From NCBI GenBank assembly GCA_965603825.1, contig CBFDEM010000016.1, positions 1-64,000 on the forward strand: a stretch of 64,000 bases of DNA. The letters are read 5' to 3'. Origin of the DNA: Blepharisma stoltei ATCC 30299 (lineage: Eukaryota; Protista; Ciliophora). The notes beneath the pieces were generated by a model. It had not been told where the DNA came from. It worked only from the letters and a program-made list of their open reading frames with translations, and searched no databases. Shown in pieces: positions 39,051 to 51,112 of the stretch. How positions within the stretch are numbered: position 1 is the stretch's first letter; each line of letters begins with the position of its first letter. Both the position numbers and the translations under genes were made by a program.

Positions 39051-40211
39051 CATTAGTAGAATTTGAAATTTTTCAGATAATCCAAAGAAAATCATATAGA
39101 TAAGAGGAAAGATTAGATGAAATTTCTTTTAAGCTGAAAAATCTATTAAATGATTGAATTGCCTAGATATTTATTATTGTTAGATTTTTTAATAACTTTA
39201 GATTATCTCTGCAATGAACAAAATACCAGTGGTGAAAGTTGTATATTATAATTTTATCTAAAATTATCGTTGAAATCTCTTCACAACAAAATGGCCGATT
39301 TTAATGCATGCTCTTATCATGCTAAAAAGATTTTGCTTTAAAAGCATCTATCTATGCTGATACTGAATATGGGAATCAGCGATTAAATATTTTAATCTGA
39401 AAATTAAATTCATTTGTATGACATATATATATAAACTCCATCTAATGCATCAGCCTAGCACAGTTTTACTCTAAGTCCTACATCTACTTAAAAATCTATA
39501 GAACAAAATAATTTAAGAAATGCAAATTCACAAAGCAAATTTAAACGAGGCTTCAAGTTATGAAAAAAGCACTGGATCAACTAAATAGCCCAATTCGGGC
39601 TACTCATAGTAATTTTGTATAATATTAGAGTTGAGAATTAAATTCTAGTATCAAATATATATGATATTTATATAGTAGAGCCAGTAGCCCAAATAGAGCC
39701 AGACTTCAAGATTCCAGACAGTTATCGAGAGCTAGTAGACAAAATTGTTCCAATAGAGTCAATAGAGCTAGTAGGGATAGACTTAGCAGGGTTTGGCCAG
39801 AGTGTCGAGGAGGTTTCATGCTTGACCAGCCATCAAGCCTCTTAATATGTACTCCAAGGTTCGAGTCAGGCCAAAAGCCGGCATTACGAAATTAGCGAAG
39901 TTCGCGCGCAGCTGAGCAGACCTCTTTGAAAGTTTGCCTTGGGATTAACTTTAAGCAAGGACAACCTAATCGTTAATAATCTTAATCCTAAAATGCTTAT
40001 CTTTTGTATATTCAATAGCTAATAATTTTTTATTATTTCATTGATTGAAATTTGCCATTTGTAATGCATAATAAACCTTTTTCTATCAAAACTAATGCAA
40101 AAGCTTTTTAAAAATACTAAGTTTTCTGGCACATCATCAGTGGCTAAGGCCGGAAATAATCATCCATTTTATTTGCCTTATAAGCTGACAGAATCCTATT
40201 AATGGTAATAA

Positions 40212-42140
40212 ATGTTTGGCGACCTATTAGCGACTGGCTCTTCAGTCATAGCAAAAGCTTCCAATTTAGGCATCTCTGGCCTTAAGTTTAACTCCAAAAA
40301 GCATTATGGCTTTTCAGGGAAGGATGTAAAAGAAAACATATGGAATACCATAAATGGAAAAGGGAACTATTCCCAGGTGTCTCAGCTTGAATCGCAGCTT
40401 TCTGAAGAAGAAAAGAGCGTTCGCCTTTATATTGAAGTTGCTCCTAAAGCTGGAGATTCGTTTTCATCACTTTCAGTTTATAAGGTTTCCGACGGTGAAG
40501 CAGTTACATTGAATTTCAATCCTGAGGACAATAAACTCTATTTACTGGATTTTTGGGCTACATGGTGTGGGCCTTGCCAAGAGCCTATGAAGCATAACCA
40601 AGAAATGCTTGAAAGAAACCCTAGCTGGGAAGGACTTGCTGAAATCATTGCAGTTTCTTTGGATGATACCAAAGAAGATCCAGATGCCAGAATGAGAGAA
40701 AAAGGGTGGAACAAAATTACTTCATATTGGGCAGGCGCAGAAGGATTTGGTAGTACCTCAGCTAAAAGCTTAGGAATTGAAGGAATTCCTTCCTGCTTTT
40801 TAGTTCGCAATGGAAAACTTTTATGGTCTGGCCATCCAGCTAAGGTAGATCTAGAAAAATTAATAAACGAAGGAATCGCCGGGAGTCCTTTATCCTTACC
40901 TCCACCTCCTCCTGAAGTAGGAGATCCTTGCCCTACCCTAAATGTTTTGGATACAAATACAGAAGAAGCTGTCGCTTTGACATGGCGAGAAGATGATGGC
41001 AATGTTTACTTGATCGATTTCTGGGCAACATGGTGCGGACCTTGCCAAAAGCCAATGCAGCATAATCAAGATATGCTTGCAAGCCATCCAGAATGGGCAG
41101 GCAAATTTGTTATCTTAGCAATTTCTTTGGATGATGGGAAAGATGAGGTAATTGAAAGATATAATCAAAGAGGATGGACTTTGGTAAGGAACTTGTGGGC
41201 TGGTCCTAAAGGATTTGACGAATCAGCTCCACAAATTTTTGGAGTTGATGGGATTCCTACTTGTGTGCTAGTTCACAAAGGAAAAGTTCTTTGGAAAGGA
41301 CATCCAAGTGAAAGAAAATTCGAGCAAGATGTTGATGCTTTATTAAAAGGAGAGCCATTCCCAACTAAATATCAACAAGGAGAAGTTCATCTGATAAGCA
41401 AAGAAGAATATGACGGAAGAATCGAAGCATTGAAAAAAGTTTATGAAGAGTTTATATCAGCAAACCCATACATTGAACCTCCTACAATTAATTTTGATGC
41501 AAAATTATCACAAACAGCTGATTCTCATGAAGAAACTCAAGAATCCTTCATTTACGGTGAATATTCAGCAACTGAAAAAGATGTAGCGGCTTCTCTTGCT
41601 GACAAAGTAAAAGATGTATTCCCAGAAGCTGAAATAAGAGTAAAGGCTATTCCTGCTGAAGCGTCTTGTGAAAGAGGCAACCAATGCAACCTTTGCAATG
41701 CTCCATTAACACCTAATGATATTCAATATCAGTGCTTATACTGTGATCCAAAGCATTACCATTGTGAAAATTGCGAAAAAGTGGTCAAAGAAGGCATAGC
41801 TGGCTCTGCCAAATTTGCCCACCCTCACTCTGTATTTGTTATTCACCCAGCAGCTCAAAAACTCGACTTTTTGAAGTTTGGAGCAAGCACCCATGAGAAA
41901 ACTGAATTTGCAGAGGATCAAGAAGACAAGAAGCACTGGTGTGGGTGTGATAATAGAAATACAGGACATTGTGATGGGACTGTCGCTGGGACAAGGTATA
42001 AGTGTGCTCATTGCCCAGATTTTGACTACTGTCAAGCGTGCCAGGAGAAATATGAAGCTAAGGAAGAAAAGACAATTGCTTGGGCAGATAGCCATGGACA
42101 TAGATCTTGGCATATCATGATAAAATTGAGGATTCCTTAA
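40212..42140 (+). CDS. 642-aa double TlpA/redoxin-like thioredoxin plus ZZ-type zinc-finger protein
   Basis: Two DFWATWCGPC motifs, each followed by a GIP cis-Pro loop; C-terminal Cys/His fingers including RYKCAHCPDFDYCQAC. Confidence 0.93.
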   Translation: MFGDLLATGSSVIAKASNLGISGLKFNSKKHYGFSGKDVKENIWNTINGKGNYSQVSQLESQLSEEEKSVRLYIEVAPKAGDSFSSLSVYKVSDGEAVTLNFNPEDNKLYLLDFWATWCGPCQEPMKHNQEMLERNPSWEGLAEIIAVSLDDTKEDPDARMREKGWNKITSYWAGAEGFGSTSAKSLGIEGIPSCFLVRNGKLLWSGHPAKVDLEKLINEGIAGSPLSLPPPPPEVGDPCPTLNVLDTNTEEAVALTWREDDGNVYLIDFWATWCGPCQKPMQHNQDMLASHPEWAGKFVILAISLDDGKDEVIERYNQRGWTLVRNLWAGPKGFDESAPQIFGVDGIPTCVLVHKGKVLWKGHPSERKFEQDVDALLKGEPFPTKYQQGEVHLISKEEYDGRIEALKKVYEEFISANPYIEPPTINFDAKLSQTADSHEETQESFIYGEYSATEKDVAASLADKVKDVFPEAEIRVKAIPAEASCERGNQCNLCNAPLTPNDIQYQCLYCDPKHYHCENCEKVVKEGIAGSAKFAHPHSVFVIHPAAQKLDFLKFGASTHEKTEFAEDQEDKKHWCGCDNRNTGHCDGTVAGTRYKCAHCPDFDYCQACQEKYEAKEEKTIAWADSHGHRSWHIMIKLRIP

Positions 42141-42599
42141 TCACTTAATTTATCTTTTCTCTAACTTTAAGTATGAATCTTTTAAAAATTGAAGGAATAT
42201 ATTGATCTAATTTTAAAATATTGATTTGAGATTATTTATAGGCCTAATTTAGATAATCTTTAAAACTTACACATTCCATCAAAATTTTATCAAAGATGCT
42301 AGGCTATAAACTTTTTGTTTTAAAGAATAAGTCTTCAATCTTATTATTTATAATTGATTTAATTGAAATTTATGTTTTATAATGTAAGGCTCTTTATTTT
42401 CTGTATATAAAGATAATAAAATCTTTTTAAGTTTAATTTGCTATAATTAATATTAAATCCGCAACTAAATTAAATTTAGTTTATTTATAAGAATAAAAGT
42501 AGAAAACAGTAATTAATTTTAAAACTGTGAATAAATCCTGGATAATTAAATAGCAAAACAATTCAAGTTAAATAATCATCACAAGCAACCTTATTTAGC

Positions 42600-44006
42600 C
42601 TATTCCATTGCAAAATCCGTACAATTCTTCATTTCATTTAGTCTCTGTAATACTTTTTCTAGCTTTAAATTATCATTATTTCCAATATGGATTTTAGCAT
42701 TTTCTAACGTTTCCAAATATCTTGAAATTTCTTTAATTTCAAGAATATTATCAAATTTGAAATAGTTTAAAAGCCCATCAAAAATTACGTCTCCAATTGT
42801 AGCATTTATTAGCAGTTTTTCTAAAATTAAGTCTATAATCATATTGTCAATAAGTCATTTAGCTTGATCAAAATCACTCACAACAGCAAAATTACAAATA
42901 ACCCAAACCGCTTCTTTTATAACATCCACGCTATCATTTTCTAACGTTTTTCTGAATTTTTCAAAAAAATTCGAATTTATTAGATAGCTGAAATAAATAT
43001 TGCTATCTAAAACTAAATTTGACATAACCCAATAAGCCTCTTTTCTGATCATTTTATCAGAAGAATCTATAAAGCTGATTAATTTTGGAAATAATCCTGA
43101 TTTTATAACAAAATCTTGGTCTATTTTTTGGGTCGCATAATTTCCTATATTTTTTAAACAAGACACATTTATTTTTCGGCTTTGGTGGTCTAAAAGTGAA
43201 CAAAATTTCGCTAATAATTGGCTGTTAAAACTGCTATCTAAATCAGAATATTTATCAGTAATTATTGAATATGAGGATAATGCATCTTCCAAAACCCATT
43301 GATCTTCTTGATTTATTATGATTTTTTGCAAAAAAGGGATAAAAAGTTTGATTTTATTTAAATCAGGGGGCAGCTTATTTGAAACTAAATTATGTATACT
43401 TCATGCAATGTTCTGGTAATCCGTAGTTGAAAACTCTCTTTCATGAGCATAGAGAAAATAAGCAATTTTATCGATATTTAGTTGTTGAATAACAGTATCT
43501 CTATAGCTGTGGTTAGTTCCAGCAATATTTCCTATTGCTCACATAACTTGGCTGAAAATCTCGATTGACTTGCAATTTTCTAGAATGAAATTGAGTAATT
43601 CTAATGATCTTTGGGAAAGCAAATAATCAATACAATATTCTTCGCCTACTGCAAGATTTGAGATAATTCATAAAACTTCATATGCAAATTGCTCATCTAG
43701 ACTTGGAATTAATTGGATAAGGCAAGGAAGAACATTAGACTGGATAACTTTTTCGTAGGGGATTTCATTTTCTTTTGTAAGAAGACGGCGTATTATTCGA
43801 GCTCCAAGCAGCTGATTGCTGCTACTAGAACTTATCAAACTAATTGCATATTTTATAGCATAATCTTCAAACAGATTAACCTTTTTTAACTCTGTATCTA
43901 CTGCTGCGTCAGTATAAGGCGAAACACTCATAGAGGAGAATAATTCTGTAATGGCTTCTATAGGAATTGAGGTTTGGCTTTCATCAGAGTCCATAAAATC
44001 TTGCAT
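42600..44006 (-). CDS. 468-aa importin-alpha-like ARM-repeat protein, paralogue
   Basis: Pieces are in one frame with TGA=Trp. WIISNL, WAIGNIAG, KEAYWVMSNL, KEAVWVICNF. Confidence 0.88.
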
Positions 44007-44188
44007 AAATTTTTTACATATTGGAAATTCTCAGATTATTTTTCATTTCAATTTAATAATAAAAACATAAATTTTGATGCAGTAAGAAATTAGCTTATTC
44101 CGCTCATAAGAATTTTAATAAGTTATTATATTTCAAGACTAATATATATATGGATTTGCAAATAGCATAATTTTAGATCCATAAAAAT

Positions 44189-44863
44189 ATGCTAGACAGC
44201 TTCTCATCAATTGGGGCTTCTCTCATAGAAAAAACATCAAATTTAAATGCTTCTATGCAAAATTCAAAGCCATAAATCAATGCACATTATCAAGGCAAAA
44301 TATAATAGAAAATAAATGACTTACTTTAGCATGGCAAGGAAAATATTCTCAAACAGCACAGCTAGCCTTAAAGTTGGGTGTGATCCTAAAACTGAGAACT
44401 TTTTCCCTTCATTATCAGTTTTTACAATTTTATTAGCACCGAATGATATTTAATATCATACTTATATGGTAGCCCAAAGCATTACCATTGCCACAACCGT
44501 GAAAAAGTTGCAAAAGAAGGCATTTTGGCTCAAATAAATTTTCCCATCCTCATTTTACGTTTGTGATACACCCCACTGCTCAAAGGCTAGACTATGTAAT
44601 TTTTGGAACAAGTGCTTATGAGAAAACTGACTTCACGAAGGACAAAGAAGATAAAGCATTTTGTGTTTTTGCAGTAATAAATGTGCAGGCTATTGTGATG
44701 GAAAGGTACTTGGGACAAGATATAAATGTCTCATTATCGATATTTTGATTACTGCCAAGTTTGCCAAGAAAAATACGAAGCTTATGATGGAAAAATAATT
44801 GAATGAGCAAAAAGCCACAGATATAGAGTTCTGCATATCATGATCAAAATAAAAAATCCTTAA
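44189..44863 (+). pseudogene. Internally deleted Trx-ZZ pseudogene
   Basis: Degenerate N-terminus joined to C-terminal remnants (PKHYHC, HPHFTFVIHPTAQRLD, HIMIK); the Trx domains are missing, with stops and frameshifts. Confidence 0.85.
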
Positions 44864-44945
44864 TAATTATCACAGATAATTTTTAAGTAAATAATTACCA
44901 TTTTTAATATTTTTAAGATTTTGTTGTAATTAATATTATGATTTC

Positions 44946-45410
44946 CTATTCTGTGTATGGGGTTCCATCTTTATGAAAGAACTTAAAACTTCCACTTTCC
45001 TTTACAGCATGCAAATCGACGTCTGGATAAGTTGCCTCATCAGTTTGGCTTCTGGTCCCTATTTCTAAATACTCAACTGGCTCTTCACTTTTATTAATTA
45101 ATTGATGGGCATTAGGTTCACCAGCCTTAAACCCACAGCACATCCCAGGACCTAGCACTTGTTCTCCTTCATTTGTTATAAGCGTAATATTTCCGCTTAA
45201 AATATAGACAAACTCATCTTCTATTAAATGCCAATGTCTTTGAGATGAAGCTGCTCCTGGGTTTAATTTTACTAAATTTACACCAAATTGAGATAATCCG
45301 AATTGGTTTCCCAAAGCTTTTTTTTCACGGCCTATGCAGATTTCTTTGAGCCCTATTGGGTAGATTGAGTTAGTTCTAGGCTCTAAAAGTGACGCTAGTA
45401 TCGATTTCAT
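44946..45410 (-). CDS. 154-aa cupin-domain protein of bacterial COG3837-like type
   Basis: LG..FGLSQFGVNLVKLNPGAASSQRHWH..EDEFVYILSG...GFKAGEPNAHQLIN...YLEIGTR...YPDVDL, with His/His/Glu/His metal ligands. Confidence 0.9.
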   Translation of the reverse strand: MKSILASLLEPRTNSIYPIGLKEICIGREKKALGNQFGLSQFGVNLVKLNPGAASSQRHWHLIEDEFVYILSGNITLITNEGEQVLGPGMCCGFKAGEPNAHQLINKSEEPVEYLEIGTRSQTDEATYPDVDLHAVKESGSFKFFHKDGTPYTE

Positions 45411-45523
45411 TTTTATTAATTTTGGTGAGTCATTATTTTTAATAAATTATTTAAAAATCAATGCTAAAATAAACCTATTTCATTATCATTGCAATAGAAA
45501 ATTACGTAAAATCTTAAATAATA

Positions 45524-45958
45524 TTATTTTGCATATCTTTGTGTATATTCCCTTGCTCTTAAATTAAACATTTCTCGATTGGTCTTCAGTAAATTGTCAG
45601 CTTCTTGTAAAGAGTTTTGATGAGAAGTTGGGTTAGCAAGCAAGCCAATCAAATATGTAAAAACAATGCGAATTGGGATTGTTCTTATCCATTTTCCATA
45701 ATAAAGATCTCAGCACATCCCTCCTTCAGGACTTATGTTTGGGTGGTAAATAGGTGTTTGAAATACAATTACTGGGCATGTATTAGGATAATTTGCAAGA
45801 TCCATTGTAAAATGGAATATCCCGCCTGCATATGGAGTATCCGGAGGCCCTTCCATTACACAATTCCATCTAGAATAGTCGTTATTTGCTATAGAAATCA
45901 TAAATGAAGGTTCTGGCTGCATCAATAAGCTGTTATATTGACTCATAATTGCTTCCAT
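45524..45958 (-). CDS. 144-aa ubiquitin-conjugating enzyme E2 (divergent)
   Basis: WNCVMEGPPDTPYAGGIFHF, YHPNISPEGGMC (catalytic Cys); reading through TGA 45712-45710 gives LLANP...FNLRAREYTQRYAK and TAA. Confidence 0.9.
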
Positions 45959-46098
45959 TTTATTTAAGACTCTACAAATTTTAAATTTTATAAATTTCCC
46001 ATTGATAAATATTATTTAACTATCATTTTAACATAAAAAACTAAAGCCAAAGCCACTATATAATTTATCCACTTAAAAATAATTATTATATGATAAAT

Positions 46099-49000
46099 TT
46101 AGAACATTTGCGCATAAGTTTGGTTCTTTTGAGCCCCTAAAACTGAATATCTTTGCACAAGCTCTAGGATTTGTTTTCGTCTGATATGAATTTGCTTTTC
46201 ATAATTAGCATGTTTCATAGCTCTTACCTGCTGATTTGCATTAATAGCAGTTTGTCTGACCAGGATTGGTAGTAAGCTCCAAGGAATGACCATTCCGTCT
46301 TGTAGCGGGCCACAGTCTACATTGACTTTTTTGAGAATTTGGATTCTAAATAGCATAGGGGATAATGGATAAATTACTATCAAAATAAAATTGAAATGGG
46401 TCAGCATTGTATCTTGTCTATAATCTCTTCAATGGTCACTCCAAATAATATGAACAATATCATTCCCCACGTGTCTTTTCTTCAAAACTTGCTGCTCATC
46501 ATTTAAATCAGTCGGCATTAGCGAGACTACATGAAACAGAACGTCATATTGCCAATCAGAATACGAAACTGACAAATAGCCAGCTGAGCCAGACGGATCA
46601 AGTCCTCCCAAATTGCCTAAATGTTGACGAATGTCAATCACTCTTCCAATATTTTGGACAAATTGCTGGAATCCTATCGACCCTGAGGAGTTTGCTAAAA
46701 TTTCTTTTTCATCTTGTTGACCTGGCCCTACATAAATAATTCCAATTTTTACAGGTTCTCGAGGCTGGCAGTTGTCGAGTAAGCTTAGGCCGCGGTCTAA
46801 TTTTTCGCCACTTTCTAATAAAATTAATTTTTCGAGCAGTCCAAAATTTGATACGAAATATCTGCTGACATTAAAAGCTGTGGCTTCACGTTCTCTTCTC
46901 CTTTCGAATATTTCACATTCAGCTTCCATTTCTTCAACACTGTCCATAAGTCTGAGCATTTCAGAGCCGGCTTCTATTTGTTTGTCTTTAACATAGCAGT
47001 CTGAATAATTGCTAGCAATATAGTCTATCAGTAAAGGAAGCAGAGGCTCATCATCTAATTTTTTAGGTGGATCTTGGTTTTGTATTTCAATAGATGTTGA
47101 ATTTATTTCTTCCACAATTCTGGAAAATTCTTCAGTCCTTGCACTAGGCTCAAAAATTTTATAATCTTCAGCTTCCCAACAGAATTTTCCAAACTGATTT
47201 CTTATAATGAATTTTGCTTTACTGGAATGAAAAATTATAGTAACTATTGCATTGGTTTCTAACGCAAAGTGCAGAGTACGGAAATTTTTTTCTTCGGCGA
47301 ATTCTTCATCTGAGGTAATAGATTGGAAAATTACTGGGTTTTGGTTTTTTAAAGGAAAATTCAAATAGTAAATAGCTAAAAATGAGCTTAAAGAGCTTAT
47401 TTCATTTTCCAAACTCGTAATCCCAGCCACTTTACTTTCCAATAGTGATAAATTGCTAAACAAACTTGTCAATAAATTCGAATCCAGCGCAGTGCTACTC
47501 GTCATAACTAAATGCTGAATAGTCGCTAGTGCAGCCTTCAAAACTTTTTCTCTTGTAATAGGAATAGATTCTAATGCTTTAAACATCAAGAAATTCAGCA
47601 CAGTTTTATTAATCATCGTCATAACTGGTGTTAAACTGTTTAAGCACCGAAAAGCTGCTAACGCAGTATCGTCGTTATCGCTTAAACATTTTTCAAGGAT
47701 AATTTCTGTGATCAACTGAGATGCACTGTCGTTGCCAGAATTAATTTCTTCTAATATAAAGCAAGTAAGGCCATATAAAGCAGTAGAAGAGAGCTCTGGG
47801 TCTTCTGCACAGGCTTGTAGGACTCCTCTGATTTTCGGCTTTAAGGAAGCATAAGTCATATATTGTGTGGTAGGGTCGTATAAGGCTGTATCTTTATAAT
47901 AATTAGGGAAACACATTATATAAAAAATCAGCTTTGTCGCTTGTAGGTGGTTTTTATAAGCAATTTGTAAAAATGTGTTTATCAAGAAATGCATCCCTGG
48001 GAAGTCTAATAATCTAGGCGCTGCCTCTAAAACGCTTATTTGCAGATGTGGCTGTTGAGCTGCATGATATAAAATCAAGCTTAAATGCTGAATATAGCAT
48101 TCCATAGGCATTTCTTCACATTTAGTGTTTATAAATAGCGCCGTCAATGAGTTCAGCGCAATGACCTGAGTTTCCTGCACCGATCCACTTCTAATTAATT
48201 TCGACAAAATCGGGAAAAAGAACTGCAAAAGTCTATTAGGATTTGACGCAGTCTGAGGCGGAGTCACTATCAAATTTATTAAATCCTGCAATGAATGTGC
48301 CCATCTCACCTGGACTTTATCAGAAAATTTCAATGGATCTCCCAATATATACATCAATTTCAGCCAGCCTTCTAATAAGCTGCAAGGCCTAAAACTTAAG
48401 TCTTTTAGCTTGCTGGAATTATCAATCATAATTTTTTCCCAATGCTCTATTATAGGCTCAGAATTTCTCGCCCATTTTTGCAGGATTTTTGAGAAGGAAT
48501 TTCAGTCGACTTCTATAGAAGTCATCACTGTGGATAACGTTGAAATTAAAAATTCGGCCATAGGCTCTATTATGTCGTGGAAAGGTTTTTTTAGGTCGTG
48601 GGTTTCTGCTAGTTTATTAGAAATATTTATAGAGCATTCTAATAGTGTCGGCCACCCTTCAGGCTGCTCTCTATATTTTTCTAGTAAATTGATAAGGAGT
48701 TTGCAAAGGTCGATTCTTTTAGGGCTGAAATCATTGGAAAAATCAAAAAGATCGATTGTGTGCTTTAGGTTTGAAGAAATATGGGCGTCTATGTTACTTT
48801 TGATGATCCTTGGCAGGAATTTGCCGAAAATCCAATCTTCGTAGAGTCTCAGGCATTTGTTAGCTGTTTTGTAGCAAATTCCGCTGTAACTTTCGGTGAG
48901 TCTGAAGGAGAGACCTAAAACTTTGCCGACAAAATCGTATTCTTCTGGAGTTATAAATAGAGCGTCTAGTAGTTCTTGGTCTCTGATAGCTTTAATAAGC

Positions 49001-49905
49001 CAAGTTGCGACTAGGTAGTGCAGAGTTGGAGGAGGGAAGCTATGAAATCCTCAGTCAGGGCTCATATTGTCTCCAGGAGTGCAATAGTAAGGATAAATTA
49101 GGAATAGCATAGTTTTCTTCAACAAATTAAACCATCTTTTAAAATGTGCTTGTCTCGTTTCTAAACTTGGTGGATAATCGCTATCTAACGAGAAATCCAA
49201 TGCTTTACTTACAAAATTCAAACAGTCTTTAACCCCTTGTGATAAAGCTTGACCTGCTAATTTTTCTAGTTCTTTTACTTCAGCTTGATAAATAGGTGAC
49301 GATTTTTTTAAAGAGTCTTGAGCTAAGTTAAGCCAAGGGTGCTGGGAGTTCGACCCTGTTATCAAAATTGACCGATCTGGGAAGACAGGCTCTCCATGCT
49401 CTTCTGAGCGAAATTGTGATAAATCTATGGATGCTAAAAACAGATGTTGAGGCACTTGTAGTGCTAAGTTTGTGTTTAATAGAAAAAGGACTAGATTAAA
49501 GCCAATTTCTTTAATCTCCCAACGATTGTCGTCAAACAGGCAGACAATAGCTATTTCTTGGATTTCTTCAAGATCTTGCATTTGGCCGTATTGAGTAATC
49601 TCCATAATGACTTTGAGGATGCTGGAAACATCTTCCCAAGCTGCCCCTTTGCCTTTGGTTTTTATATGATCAGCGTTTTTAAGCATAGCAAGACATAAAG
49701 TGGTCGCTGTGTCCCAATTTTCTTGGAAAAATTCGTGAAGTTTTTCATTATAACCGGAAGTAACAGTCTTTTCAAGATTTCTTACAATCTGAATCATAAT
49801 AGAAAAGCGCTTTCGTAAGGGTTTGCTTGGGTCCAGCATAAAGAGAAGCCTGGCCCTTTCTTCTTCAATGGATTTGCCCATGAACCAACTTGTAAGTCCT
49901 TTCAT
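46099..49905 (-). CDS. 1268-aa RapGAP-domain protein, RalGAP-alpha/tuberin-like
   Basis: One frame through three TGA. KIGIIYVGPGQQDEKEILAN, FHVVSLMP, KKRHVGNDIVHIIWSDH (Asn thumb), GPLQDG, LVRQTAINA. Confidence 0.9.
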
Positions 49906-50057
49906 TAAATAGTAATGGAGATTGATAAAGAAGATAATAAAAACGACAAAATTAATAAGGGTGATTTAAAAATTTTATTGATATTTATTTCAACCTTTTT
50001 ATAATAAATACTTTACAATTGGATTTTTAGCATAATATTTATGGAATCGCCTCGATC

Positions 50058-50900
50058 ATGGCATGATGTGCAGAACCTTCAAATTTCCATTGATAATATA
50101 AGCATGGGCTACTATATTCTGCAAATTTCATATAATCCAGTAATGAAAATCAAGATATAAATGAAGGGATTACTAGAAACTAAAAACCAAAAAAAATGAA
50201 TAATTAAAAAATCCTATAAATCCATTAGTCCACTGAAAATGATATATGAAAAGAAGATGACTGAGCTTTCATAAATAAATTTAAGATAAAAGTATCAGTT
50301 TATTAAGAATGTAGGTGACAGAAAAGAACCGAAGTTATCTTTTTCAACACCATCATTTTTTTAACCAAGAAAGTTTTATAAAGAAGCTGATTCCAACATA
50401 TCTAGACACAAATTCTTCTATTCGTTAAATCATCAAGAAAATATAAAGCTATAGCCCTTTCTTCTTCAAATGCTATGCCAATGTTTGCCAATTTAGAGCA
50501 TTAATTTTTCATACAGAATCTCAAGTATTTGCATCCCTTGCGGCAGTTTAATATGACTTTTGTGAAACAGATTTTTCTGGCTCAGATTTAAGTAACTGCA
50601 ATATTCCAAGCATCTAATTTTTAAAGAATATTTCGGATAAAGACAATTTCCCTAATCAATGAAAGATGGACATTAAGAAAAAATATCTCGCATTTCAGAG
50701 TCTCATAACGAACCATTAGTCGTAGTCTCTTCATATGGTGCAATTTTAGATGGATATTCTCCAAATATTTTGGCAAATTTTACTTATAAACTTGTATATG
50801 GGAGTTTTTAAGAAAGTGTCACGGTCATATAATGGAATATAATAATAAAGCAAACTATTGAAGTCTATTTTTAAAGCCTAAAAGGCATCAGCATGTAGAA
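50058..50900 (+). pseudogene. Heavily decayed pentapeptide-WD40 family member (limits approximate)
   Basis: Remnants tgtgcagaacc, tcttcaaatgctatg (SSNAM) and acagatttttctggctcagatttaagtaactgc (TDFSGSDLSNC) in the same order as in the 51113 and 54760 genes. Confidence 0.65.
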
Positions 50901-51112
50901 AATGTAGAAAGAGGAAGCAACTTGTATAATGGTTTAACTGTATGTAAGGTTTCAATGTCTCTTTTGAGAAAAAAATTGAAGCGGATTGCATGATATGCTA
51001 AATGGGATTCATAGATGCATTTTTTTTATTTTCAAAAATTCTGCCTTTTGAAGGCACCTTAGCTTTCGCATTTAGCACTTATTTTCTTTTATACTAATAA
51101 ATTTATAGAAAC

